Shown piece by piece: positions 1 to 11,690 of a stretch of 36,961 nt of DNA. Source of the DNA: Octopus sinensis (lineage: Eukaryota); NCBI RefSeq assembly GCF_006345805.1, contig NW_021828098.1, positions 1 through 36,961 of the forward strand. Direction: 5' to 3'. The notes beneath the pieces were generated by a model. The model searched no databases and was not told the DNA's origin. It was given only the letters and a program-made list of their open reading frames with translations. Each line of letters begins with the position of its first letter. Position 1 is the stretch's first letter. The position numbers and the translations under genes were made by a program.

Positions 1-212
1 TTGACTATTTCTGGTTTAGCTTTGGACTCAGAAAGCTTATGAAATATTCTTTTGCCTTCCAGAGAAGGTTGTTCTCTTAATTTATTTTATGAAGAGGAAA
101 AATTGTAAATTTTCCTTGTGCACAATAAATGAAGGGAACAACCTTCTCTGGAAGGCAAAAGAAGAATGTTTCATATGCTTTCTGAGTCTGAAGCTAAACC
201 AGAAATAGTCAA
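1..212. repeat. Imperfect inverted repeat (hairpin), arms about 1-74 and 136-212
   Basis: ttgactatttctggtttagc...gccttccagagaaggttgttc is the reverse complement, with a few mismatches, of gaacaaccttctctggaaggc...gctaaaccagaaatagtcaa. Confidence 0.9.
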
Positions 213-333
213 CAACAAATTGACTGAAAACAACTTCCACTCTATATAATAACACGGGCTTGAAAACATTAAGAACTGAAAGCGCTCACACATCTATAAA
301 AGCAAAGCCCACACACATTTTGTTTTCTCAATC

Positions 334-722
334 TTTTATCTTTTGCTTGCTTCAGTCATTTGACTGCAGCCTTGCTGGAGCACCGCCTTTAGTCGAGCAA
401 ATCGCCTCCAAGACTTATTCTTTGGAAGCCTAGTACTTATTCTATCGGTACTTTTGCTGAACAGCTAAGTTACAGGGATGTAAACACACCAGCATCGGTT
501 GTCAAGGGATGTTGGCGGGGACAAACACAGGCACGCAAACATATACACACACATACATACATACATATATGCGACGGGCTTCTTTCAGTTTCTGTCAACC
601 AAATCCACTCATAAGGCTTTGGTCACCCTGAAGCTATAGCAGAAGACAGTTGCCCAAGGTGCCACACAGTGGGAATAAACCCGGAACCATGTTGGTGGTA
701 GGCAAGCTACTTACCACACTGT
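334..722 (-). mobile_element. tRNA-derived SINE, family A (near full length)
   Basis: Reverse-complement match to the copy at 5937-6348, including the gccttgtgagtggatttggtagacggaaactgaaagaagcccgtcg core and the ggtgctccagcatggccgcagtcaaatgactgaaac tail. Confidence 0.9.
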
Positions 723-782
723 ACCTGAGAAAAAAAATCTTTTCACCAAATATATATATATAATAATATATATTTGTGTGTG

Positions 783-1178
783 TGGAGGTGCAATGGCCCA
801 GTGGTTAGGGAAGCAGTCTCACAATCATAGGATCATGGTTTCAATTCCCAGACTAGGTGTTGTGAGTGTTTATTGAGCAAAAACACCTAAATCTCCATGA
901 GGCTCCGGCGGGGGGGGGGGGGGGGGGCTGGTGAACCCTGCTTTATTCTTTCACCACAACTTTCTTTCACTCTTTTTTCCTGCTTCTCTTGTACCTGTAT
1001 TTCAAAGGGGGGGCCGACCTTGTCACACTCTGTGTCATGCTGAATCTCCTTGAGAACTACATTAAGGGTACACATGTCTCTGGAGTGCTCAGCCACTTGC
1101 ACTATAATTTCACGAGCAGGCTGTTCCGTTGATCAGATCTAATGGAACCCTCGTCGTTGTAACTGATGGAGTGCCACA
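783..1178 (+). mobile_element. tRNA-derived SINE (distinct family, single copy in window)
   Basis: tRNA-like head with A-box tggcccagtgg and B-box ggtttcaattcc; body resembles the family-B head (tgttgtg..ttgagcaa.acac); internal G18 run at 910-927. Confidence 0.7.
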
Positions 1179-1429
1179 ATACATATATATACATATATAT
1201 ATATATATATGTATATGTATAGATAGACATGTATCAAACTGTAGAAGCCATCACCATGTTTCCACATGTGGTTGCTCAAATGATATATTTATATATGGAG
1301 CTTTCAAAGGATGAAATCCTTGCCCGTCTCTGCAATGTCGGTGTCTCATATTAGAAATAATATTCTTGGATCTCATTGATTACGTTTTTCTTTTTTTAAT
1401 CCCTGCCTCATTTTGCACGATGTATCTGC

Positions 1430-1935
1430 CTCTTCATCTCCATCACGTCAATGATCTTATAATGTTATTAGCATCCCCAGCACCAAAAGCAGCACTGATT
1501 CGCATCACCACTACCATCAACCACACTACCATCAACACCACTATCTCTGCTACCATTCTATGGCGCCAGCATAACCAAATCGGCATCATCCTCATCATCA
1601 TCATCACTGTCATCATCATCATCACTGCTGTCATCATCATCATCATTGTTGTCATCATCATTACCCCCCGCTGCTAATACCACTGCCACCACCACCACCA
1701 CCACCACCACCACCACCATATCTATCATCATCATCATTGTTATTATCATCATTATCACATTCATCCTCATCATCTTCATCATCACCAACAACAACACCAC
1801 TGCCACCACCACCACCACCAACAACATCAATAATACCACTATTACAACCACCACCACGACCACCACCAACAACAACAGTACTACCATCACCACCACGACA
1901 GCTGCCACTATATTCATCCTCATCATCTTCATCGT
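1430..1935. repeat. Compound (CAT)n/(CAC)n/(CAA)n trinucleotide microsatellite
   Basis: Directly visible; explains the poly-I/T/M/V ORFs at 1366-2227. Confidence 0.95.
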
Positions 1936-2094
1936 CTTCATCTTCATCCTCATTTTCATTTGTTTCCTCAACAAAATTTTCTGTTTATTATTTAAAAATA
2001 GAGAGGGGAAAAAAATTAGAGAAACACGAAACAGAATCTGTTGTACGTCTTTTATATTTTGTTCTACATTTCATTTAGTTGTTGTTTGGATGAC

Positions 2095-2393
2095 TTCATT
2101 ATGTGTGTGTGTGTGTGTGTGTGTGTGTGGTTATCTGTACACATGTTTGAATATGTTTATATATGTGTGTGTGTGTGTGGGGTGCGTGTATGTGTTGATA
2201 TTTGTGTATGCAGGTATCGATGTATGAGTAATTTCCTGCATGCATCTAAATATGTGCATGTGTGTATGTATGCATGCATGTATGTATGTGTATCTATGTG
2301 CATATATGAGAATATGTGTGTGCATACATGATTTTGTGTGTTTGTATGTGTGTGCATATTTATGCATATTTCTCTCTCTCTCTTTCTCTCTCG

Positions 2394-2444
<51 letters not shown>

Positions 2445-2730
2445 CACATATATATACACATATCATTACATAACTGTATACTTATATATACATACATATA
2501 TAATATAATTACATAACTGTATACTTATATATATACATACATGCATACATAAATACATACATATATATATACACATATATATGTATAATACATAAATACA
2601 TACATATATATATATATATATATTATATATACATATATATGTATATACATATATACATATTTATGAATGGAAGTACACAGATACACTCACACATGCTTGT
2701 GTGTGAACACATACATACACACATACACAC
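2095..2730. repeat. Compound (TG)n/(TC)n/(TA)n/(TACA)n microsatellite block with a ~46-bp local duplication (attacataactgtatactta at ~2465 and ~2508)
   Basis: Directly visible. Confidence 0.95.
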
Positions 2731-2859
2731 AGATGCAAAGCCATTATAGATTCCTTTTAGAAACTGTTTTTGTTGTTTTTTTTCATTTAATTTACTCCTC
2801 TGTATTACCGAAGGAATCTTCTGGAAAGGTCAAGTGGAAGAATTTATCACATTTTTCAA

Positions 2860-3050
2860 TAGATTTATTCCATTCCTGAAGTTGTTAACATCCAACATGC
2901 TCGCCGCCACTGCAATTCTGTAGTTCCAGGAATATGTTTTGTAACTGATATTCTCAGCAATGCCTTGAATCGCATTTACCATTCTGACCCGCAAGTCTTC
3001 TATAGAACAAGACTGAACTGCTTCAACAACAAGTCTTTACATATTTCTAT
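2860..3050 (-). pseudogene. Tc1/mariner-type transposase C-terminal relic
   Basis: Minus-strand translation across one frameshift gives VEAVQSCSIEDLRVRMVNAIQGI / NQLQNIFLELQNCSGGEHVGC*, resembling the 'L.ELK.RI..AI......L......R...C....G.H.E' C-terminus of Tc1/mariner transposases. Confidence 0.5.
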
Positions 3051-3068
3051 AAAATAAACTTGAAGTAA

Positions 3069-3116
<48 letters not shown>

Positions 3117-3849
3117 TTTTTTTTTTTTGCTGTTGTAGTTATTATTATTTAAATTAATTAGCAATCATAGTAAATGCTAATGAAATACATGTATGAAGGT
3201 TCTAAATTTGTTATTTCACAGATTAATTCTTCCAGAGGTAGAATGAAAGAAAGATACGAACGAGCATTGAAAATTCAAAATTCAAATTAAAATTTGTGCG
3301 AGAATGTCATGATGACCAGATACGCATTGACTACAAAACCACACTCAAGCATGCATACAAACGCATACAAATTGATACACACACACACACACACATGCAT
3401 GTATACACACACATATATATATGTAGGTATGCACAAATATATATGTGTATGTATGCATACATATACAAGCACCTTCCATATGTTTCTATATGTATTCACA
3501 CTCTTTTAATTCTACTTTGTGATAACTAAAATAGCTCTAAGCTAATGAATATAATTATGTAATTCTTGTTCTGATGTCATTTACGACTCCCATACAAGCC
3601 ATACTAAGCATTACAAAAGAGACAAACGAATTGAACAAATGAATCACACATACACACACACATATACAATACACACACAAGCTCACCTACCTATAAGTCT
3701 TTCTGTAAAGTTACTCAACTGCAAATGAAGCACCAGACAATAGAACATAATGTGTTGCATAAAATAATGGAAAAAAATTCTATAGAGAGAATCAGAATTA
3801 CTTTTCAGGAATGCAACAGCATGTCTACTAATAATCTATTCTATTATAG

Positions 3850-4290
3850 GCACAAGGCCTAAAATTTGGGGTAGAGCGGGGGTGGGATAGTCGATTATAT
3901 CGACCCCAGTACTTAACTGGTACTTAATTTATCAACCCTGAAAGGATGAGAGGTGAAGTCGACCTCAGCAGAATTTGATCTCAGAACGCAGTGCTGAGTG
4001 AAATACCTATTTCTTTACTACCCACAAGGGGCTACACATAGTGAGGACAAACAAGGACAGACAAACGGATTAAGTCGATTACATCGACCCCAGTGCATAA
4101 CTGGTACTTATTTAATCGACCCCGAAAGTATGAAAAGCAAAGTTGACCTTGGTGGAATTTGAATTCAGAGCGCAAAGACAGATGAAATACCGCTGAGCAT
4201 TTCGCCTGGTGTGCTAAAGTTTCTGCCAGCTTACCACCTTGTGAAATACCACTAAGCATTTCATCCAGCATGCTAACGATTCTGTCATCT
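3850..4290 (-). mobile_element. SINE family C, internally multimeric copy
   Basis: Reverse complement of gtcgactttgcctttcatcctttcggggtcgat..aagtaccag occurs twice (~3900-3965, ~4085-4150); homologous to 32996-33545. Confidence 0.85.
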
Positions 4291-4332
4291 CACCGCCAAC
4301 ATGTCTAGTAATAATTATAGTCTACACACACA

Positions 4333-4394
<62 letters not shown>

Positions 4395-5000
4395 ATGCAT
4401 GTGTGTGAGATCATCTTCATCATCATCATTATGACATTAGTTGGGTGGTTTGACAGCATTCGTTGGATAGTTCGACATATTTAATCAGTATCTATCTACT
4501 TTGGCTTGTTTTTCTATGGCTGGATGCACTTCCTAATACCAAACATTTTATACCATGTACAGGGCGCATTTTTTTTGTGATAGTTGTGCGAATGAGGTTG
4601 CTAATAGAGCTCACAAAACTATGATCCCTGAGAGAGGGTCAAGCCATTTTTTTACTTGGGGGCAAGAAGTTAATGTATGAGAAGAGAGGGTCTTGGAGTA
4701 GGTTCTTATAGAATTGCATGGTTACTTACATTCTGTAGAAGAGAGAGAATTCTGTGCATGGCCCTTTATATAGTGGCATGCACAAAGTTTTTGGCCCTTA
4801 AGTTATTTTCTAACTTCTCTTCATTAAAAATAAAACCTGTACACACACACACACACACATTAAAGTTTGATTTTATGCAAAGTTATATTTAAAAACTCTC
4901 TCTCTCACTCTGTTTCTTTCTTTCTATCTTTCTTTCTTTCTCTACCTATCTACCTATCTATCTATCTATCTATCTATCTACCTGTCTGTCTGTCTATGTC

Positions 5001-5036
<36 letters not shown>

Positions 5037-5472
5037 CAGCAAGAAGAAAATGGAAGGGATACAAAAATAGTATACATCAACTGTTAGACATTATATTATG
5101 TCGATTTAATTATTCTAAAACATTTATGAGAATATATATATACATATGTAAAGACTGTGTATTACATACATACGTACCAGTAATTCATAGAATAGAAAAA
5201 GAAATATATATAAATACACACTCACATATATATATACATACACTAACTCACACATATATAGTTATATGCATATAGATACAGGCATACATATTACATATAT
5301 GTGTGTCAAGTGAATAGTGAGAGAGAGGCAGAGAAAGAAATGCTAACAGAAAGGGAGAAAGAGAGGAGAGAGAAATGAGAATCTGATATTTGACTTTCAA
5401 TTCTCTGATAACTCCACAATTATTTTGAAACCCATGAGATTGTTGGGCATTTATAGAAAATGAAATACATAC

Positions 5473-5545
5473 CTGTAATTCCCCTAGTAGTGAGAGCTGT
5501 TAGAAGTGACACAATTTCTTCAGAAAGTTTGGCAGAATTAGGCAT
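5473..5545 (-). CDS. Speculative coding exon MPNSAKLSEEIVSLLTALTTRGIT(G) ending at a consensus donor
   Basis: Unique sequence, open frame from ATG at 5545, donor CAG|GTATGT at 5473/5472; no recognisable homology and no partner exon found. Confidence 0.15.
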
Positions 5546-5936
5546 TTGAATTTGAAATTATGGAATTATAAAGGAAAAATAATGCATAGTATTCATGTAT
5601 TTAATTTATGTTTGTTTACTTATTATGAAGACCCTAAAACTTCTTGTCAGTTTTAATCATCTATAGCACTATTTCATTCATTTAGAAATTGTAAGCATGA
5701 TATAATCTGACTTTTTAATTAATTAATTTATGAAGTGAGATATTTCATTAAAGATGGAAATAATGACAGCCTTGAGGAAATCCATGGAATGTGTTGGTTT
5801 TTTTTTTCCTTTTCCTGCATAGAACATCACATTATATCTATAGAAAATGAAATTTTCTGAAAATCCAGAAAGATTCATGAGTAATACTGTAGGTATTGTC
5901 TTAGGAAAGAACATCTTTGAAAACTATATTCTTATA

Positions 5937-6348
5937 GGCGCAGGAGTGGCTGTGTGGTAAGTAACTTGCTTACCAACCACATGGTTCCGGGTTCAGTCCC
6001 ATTGTGTGACACCTTGGGCAAGTGTCTTCTGCTATAGCCTCGGGCCGACCAAAGCCTTGTGAGTGGATTTGGTAGACGGAAACTGAAAGAATCCTGTCGT
6101 ATATATGTATATATATGTATGTATGTATGTGTTTGTATATGTTTGTGTGACTGTGTTTCTCCCCTCAGCATCGCTTGACAACCAATGCTGATGTGTTTAC
6201 ATCCCCGTAACTTAGCGGTTCGGCAAAAGTGACTGATAAGTACTAGGCTTTCAAAGAATAAGTCCTGGGGTCGATTTGCTTGACTAAAAGTGGTGCTCCA
6301 GTATGGCTGCAGTCAAATGACAGAAACAAGTAAAAGAGTAAATGAGAG
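5937..6348 (+). mobile_element. tRNA-derived SINE, family A (full length)
   Basis: Head ggcgcaggagtggctgtgtggtaag, B-box ggttcagtcc, conserved core, internal microsatellite, tail cagtatggctgcagtcaaatgacagaaacaagtaaaagag; at least 7 related copies in the window. Confidence 0.92.
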
Positions 6349-7135
6349 TATGTTATTCACTTATCCCCTCTTTTACCTTTGTGAGTTATCTATTACGGTT
6401 ATCCCAACACCAGGAAGTGAATGTCCCCTAGAAAAAGTTACATAAAATCATCCAAGATTAACATATTTGTTCATGAAGCAATAATGAAAATTTCTTGGAT
6501 ATTTGTAATAAAGACCTTGTTCTCATTGAAAACTCTAAACGTATTTGAAACTAATCTCTCTCTAATGCAAAAGATAAATGGTATCTTTGAGCAGGGTTTG
6601 TTCCCTGGAATTAAACCCATTCATTTTGATCATGCATTATTTATCAACTGTGCTTCTATGCAGCATTTGTCTCAGTTAGTCTTCTTCATTTCTGTTTGAT
6701 GACATAATCCTTGCCAAAGAGAGATATATTTCATAACAACATAATTATTGTACCATGATTTAGATTTAACTCTGAAGCTGCTATTTGAGATCAATCTTAG
6801 TAAGTTCATACATAATGGAGATTCTTTAGCCCTCTCTTAATCTTCAACTTTGTTCCATAGTTTAATATCTAATTATCTTATAAATAAATGTATACGTTGC
6901 ATCTATAATGGATTAAGTCTTCAATTTCCTTCCATATTCCTTCATTTCTTGGTTTTACAACTGCTTTGTTTGAGGGGGTGTATATATATATATTATTAAG
7001 ATATTGTTTTACAGCTGGAGACTCTTCCTGTGGCTAACCTCTAACTGACTTTGAAGCACTGGGTGATATATTCTTAATTAAAACATTCAAGATATCCAAC
7101 ATGACCTCAGCCCTACAAGTGAAATTAGTAAAAGA

Positions 7136-7177
<42 letters not shown>

Positions 7178-7179
7178 TA

Positions 7180-7210
<31 letters not shown>

Positions 7211-7322
7211 ATACACACATATAATGTTCGTTAGACATGTGGTTTGCCCCCTGAAGAATGTTTGAGTTCTCTCAACATATGAAACTATTAGTAGTGCTTT
7301 AATACATGTATTATGACCTTTA

Positions 7323-7366
<44 letters not shown>

Positions 7367-7372
7367 TAAATC

Positions 7373-7729
7373 CAGCGCTGCCTCGACTGGCTTCAGTGCC
7401 GGTGGCACATAAAAAACACCATCTGAACGTGGCCATTGCCAGCGCCGCCTTGGCTGGCTTCTGTGCCGGTGGCACGTTAAAAGCTCCAACCGATCGTGGC
7501 CGATGCCGGACACCCCCCCCGGCACCTGTGCAGGTGGCACGTAAAAAGCACCCACTACACTCGCGGAGTGGTTGGCGTTAGGAAGGGCATCCAGCTGTAG
7601 GAACTCTGCCAGATCAGACTGGAGCCTGGTGCAAACCCTGGCTTCCCAAACCCCGGTCGAACTGTCCAACCCGTGCTAGTGCGGAAAACGAATGTTAAAC
7701 GATGATGATGATGATGATGATGATGATGA
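7373..7729 (+). mobile_element. Retroposon family D (SINE or LINE 3' UTR) with ~65-nt internal repeats and a (GAT)n tail
   Basis: Three gtgccggtggcacgtaaaaagcacc units, ggaagggcatccagctgtag core, 3' ttaaacgatgatgatg; about 10 related copies in the window. Confidence 0.9.
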
Positions 7730-7811
7730 CATACACATACACTATATATATATATATATATATATGTATATACACAATATATAAGTTGAGATTAAGCTAT
7801 AAAAATCTATA

Positions 7812-8025
7812 GGCACAGGAGTGGCTGTGTGGTAAATAGCTTGCTTACCAGCCACATGCTTCCAGATTCATTCCCACTACATGGAAACTTGGGCAAGTGT
7901 CTTCTATTATAACCTCGGGCCGACCAAACCCTTGTGAGTGGATTTGGCAGATGGAAACTGAAAGAAGGTCGTATGTATGTATATGTGTATGTGTGTGTAT
8001 ATGTTTGTGTCTCTGTGTTTGTCCA
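7812..8025 (+). mobile_element. SINE family A, 5' half
   Basis: Aligns to 5937-6160. Confidence 0.85.
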
Positions 8026-8369
8026 TTGGGTGTAGATTCCGATAGGAGTTCATATTTTATTATTACAGATGGATAGTGTAGAGACATTAACTTCTTAACC
8101 ACATAGCCATGACTGCACCTATTTCAGCATCCGGGAAAATTCCTTGCAGTATTTGTTCCAAATTTTGCATTCTGAGTTCAAATACCACTGAAGTCAGTTT
8201 TGGCATTCCCCTTTTTATGGTCAATAAAATAAAGTGCTATAAAGTACCAATCAAATAGTAAGGTCAATGGTAACCAAGTAGCCCCTCCACTCTAAACAAT
8301 TGCCTTTATTTCTAAATGAAAAACACTCATTAATTATTTAATTAAGCTTTTCCATTTCTCACACATTGT

Positions 8370-8403
8370 TTATATTTCTTTTTTTTTTTTCTTCCAGGTA
8401 AGT
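8370..8403 (+). other. Polypyrimidine tract + CAG immediately followed by GTAAGT (3' splice site that regenerates a 5' splice site)
   Basis: tatatttctttttttttttttcttccag|gtaagt; AG at 8396-8397, GTAAGT at 8398-8403. Confidence 0.45.
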
Positions 8404-8779
8404 CATGCAAATGTCTTTGGACCACTCATTTACCAATTCCTGAGATTTTGTGGGACGTACAGGAGAACACCAGAAATGAAACATGAAGAAGTCTGAAGTC
8501 TGAAGAGGTTTTATTTTGGAAGTGAGGGGCTGGGATGAAAATACTGGGACTAACAACTGAAAGAGGTGACTAATTCATTGTAATTCATCTGCCCTCTCCT
8601 TCCCTCTGCCTCTCCCTCTCCTTCTCTCTGCCTCTTCTCTCTCCTTCCCTCCACTCCCTCTCTCTCACTCTGTATATACATTTATATATATAAATTTGGT
8701 ATTTGTATGTGTGGTTTTCTGAGTAGATGTATGTGTAGTGTGTGCATGTGTGAGTGTTGTAAATAATAGATACTTTATG

Positions 8780-8798
8780 CCTTAATATGTATGCATGA

Positions 8799-8829
<31 letters not shown>

Positions 8830-9216
8830 CACACACATTTACATATATATATTTATTAATGTATACAAATATATATATATATATATACATATTTACATAT
8901 ATATATGTATTAATATATGCAAATATATATATATAATCTTCGAGAGATTTAGAAATTCAATATTTCTTATATATATAAATACATATATATAAATATATAT
9001 ATGTATATATTTACATATATATATATAAACGTATAGAAATATATATATAAATATAAATACATAAATCTATATATTCACATATATATATGTTTAAATGTAT
9101 ATAAATACATATATGTATATATGTATATATTTACATATACATATGTATAAATGTACATGAATTCATGTGTATAAATGTACATAAATACATATATATAAAT
9201 GCATATAAATATATAA

Positions 9217-9247
<31 letters not shown>

Positions 9248-9250
9248 CGG
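8780..9250. repeat. Degenerate (TA)n-rich low-complexity tract
   Basis: Directly visible. Confidence 0.95.
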
Positions 9251-9304
9251 AGATGTACTTGCATAGCAAGTGACATGGTCTGAGATCGTGTGCTGGAACG
9301 AATA

Positions 9305-9890
9305 CAATTGCAGCATGTAAGGTGTATATAAGCCATTAAAACACACAAAAACTATTAGAATCACTTCATTTAAATTTAATTTGCCAAAATATTTTCAACT
9401 CTTTGAGACATTGACCTGTTCACTGATAAAATTCCGTGCTGCATCTGAGAAAGTAACAGTTAGTTCATGATATATATGCACATATGTATGTGTGTATGTA
9501 TACATACATATATACATACATATATATCATGAACTAACTGTTACTTTCTCAGATGCAGCACAGAATTTAATCAGTGAACAGGTCACTGTCTCAAAGAGAT
9601 GAAAATGTGACCTGTTCACTGATTAAATTCCGTGCTGCATCTGAGAAAGTAACAGTTAGTTCATGATATATATGCACATATGTATGTATGTATGTATACA
9701 TACATATATACGTACATATATATCATGAACTAACTGTTACTTTCTCAGATGCAGCACGGAATTTTATCAGTGAACAGGTCACTGTCTCAAAGAGATGAAA
9801 ATATCTTGGCAAATTAAATTTAAATGGTGAAGGGATTCTAATGGTTTTTGTGTTTTAAATGGCTTATAAACACCTTCCATGCTTCAATTG
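9305..9890. repeat. Nested foldback: outer inverted arms enclosing two 196-bp hairpin units (9411-9606, 9607-9802)
   Basis: gacctgttcactgat.aaattccgtgctgcatctgagaaagtaacagttagttcatgatat and its reverse complement each occur twice; outer arms run from caattgcagcatg (9305) to catgcttcaattg (9890). Confidence 0.95.
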
Positions 9891-9999
9891 TAATATATAT
9901 ATATATATGTATATTTTTACATATATATATATGTATAAATATATAAGATATGTATATATTTACATATATATGTATAATTGTATATACATATATATACAT

Positions 10000-10049
<50 letters not shown>

Positions 10050-10576
10050 CTGTAATATAATGCTATGAAAATGCTATGAAAAAAATGCTATGAAAATGAC
10101 CGTTAAACAAAGGGAAATTACTATGTAAATGACCATTATTAAGACAAAAGAGCTATGAAAATGACCGTTAAATGAGGGGAAAAAAACGAAGGGGAGAAAG
10201 TAAAAAAGTAAGAAGGCACATAGAAATCATGTATGCATGTATATATATATTTGTTGTGCAAGATTTTTTATGTGAAGTCGTGTGTTGAAACAGATATTGT
10301 TATATTTTGGAATTGTCATTTGCCAGTTTAGCCAATAAAAACACACGCACTATATATTTGGTGTTATTTAGTTTTTTACATTAATCTTAATCTTATTTCG
10401 GCTGACGGTTAGTAAGGAGAGACACAAATAAGTAAGAAGAAAACAAAAACCACTGATGCGATCTCAGAGCATAGGCTCGAAATGTTAAAGACTTTTTCAC
10501 TTCCGAGCATTATACTAATATATCTGCTTGTTGTCTACACCACCTGTCTTCGTCCTTTGTTTATTTGTGAATTCTC

Positions 10577-10608
<32 letters not shown>

Positions 10609-10612
<4 letters not shown>

Positions 10613-10684
10613 CGAGTGGTTAAGGCGTTGGACTTAATTCCAATGGACGAGTGTCCACGTGGGTTCATACCTCTACTTGTGCTA
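10609..10684 (+). pseudogene. tRNA-Leu(UAA)-derived sequence, copy 1 (5' acceptor strand lost, anticodon loop 1 nt shorter than copy 2, T-loop mutated)
   Basis: tggccgagtggttaaggcgttggacttaattccaatggacgagtgtccacgtgggttcatacc...gtgcta matches the metazoan tRNA-Leu(UAA) pattern, including the long variable arm tggac-gagt-gtcca. Confidence 0.85.
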
Positions 10685-10812
10685 AAAGCATTTTTTAAAA
10701 ACGGCGTGCATCAGCATGGCCTCAGCTCTGAGCTGAAACAAGCAAAAAAAAAAAAACACACACACTTATATATATATATGTATATGTATGTATATACATA
10801 CACATATATATT

Positions 10813-10865
<53 letters not shown>

Positions 10866-11424
10866 TATCTGTAATATAATGCTATGAAAATGCTATGAAA
10901 AAAATGCTATGAAAATGACCGTTAAACAAAGGGAAATTACTATGTAAATGACCATTATTAAGACAAAAGAGCTATGAAAATGACCGTTAAATGAGGGGAA
11001 AAAAACGAAGGGGAGAAAGTAAAAAAGTAAGAAGGCACATAGAAATCATGTATGCATGTATATATATATTTGTTGTGCAAGATTTTTTATGTGAAGTCGT
11101 GTGTTGAAACAGATATTGTTATATTTTGGAATTGTCATATTGCCAGTTTAGCCAATAAAAACACACGCACTATATATTTGGTGTTATTTAGTTTTTTACA
11201 TTAATCTTAATCTTATTTCGGCTGACGGTTAGTAAGGAGAGACACAAATAAGTAAGAAGAAAACAAAAGACCACTGATGCGATCTCAGAGCATAGGCTCG
11301 AAATGTTAAAGACTTTTTCACTTCCCGAGCATTATACTAATATATCTGCTTGTTGTCTACACCACCTGTCTTCGTCCTTTGTTTATTTGTGAATTCTCCA
11401 CATATATATATATATATATATATA

Positions 11425-11500
11425 TGGCCGTGTGGTTAAGGCGTTGGACTTAAGTTCCAATGGACGAGTGTCCACGTGGTTTCATACCCTACTTGTGCTA
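11425..11500 (+). pseudogene. tRNA-Leu(UAA)-derived sequence, copy 2
   Basis: ttggac-ttaagt-tccaa anticodon arm with CT-TAA-GT loop; acceptor 5' strand replaced by (TA)n; B-box degenerate (ggtttcatacc). Confidence 0.85.
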
Positions 11501-11656
11501 AAAGCATTTTTAAACGGCGGTGCATCAGCATGGCCTCAGCTCTGAGCTGAAACAAGCAAAAAAAAAAAAAACCACACTTATATATATATATGTATATGTA
11601 TGTATATACATACACATATATATATTCATACATAGTGTATTTATGTATAGAATTAT

Positions 11657-11690
<34 letters not shown>

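Larger units (their letters stand above)
10048..11633. repeat. Direct tandem duplication, ~819-bp period (10048-10866 and 10867-~11633)
   Basis: Near-identical copies starting tctgtaatataatgctatgaaaatgc and differing mainly by small indels and TA-tract length. Confidence 0.95.

Noticed and set aside
910-927. G18 run as a regulatory G-quadruplex
   Set aside because: A homopolymer expansion inside a SINE; no evidence of function
1366-2516. ORFs up to 193 aa (poly-T/I/V/M, YI and CV repeats)
   Set aside because: Read-through of tri- and dinucleotide microsatellites; no domain content
7034-7669. 211-aa minus-strand ORF
   Set aside because: Antisense reading of a family-D retroposon plus (TAA)n and (TA)n
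10609-11500. Functional tRNA-Leu genes
   Set aside because: The 5' acceptor-stem strand is replaced by (TA)n and the T-loop/B-box is mutated in both copies
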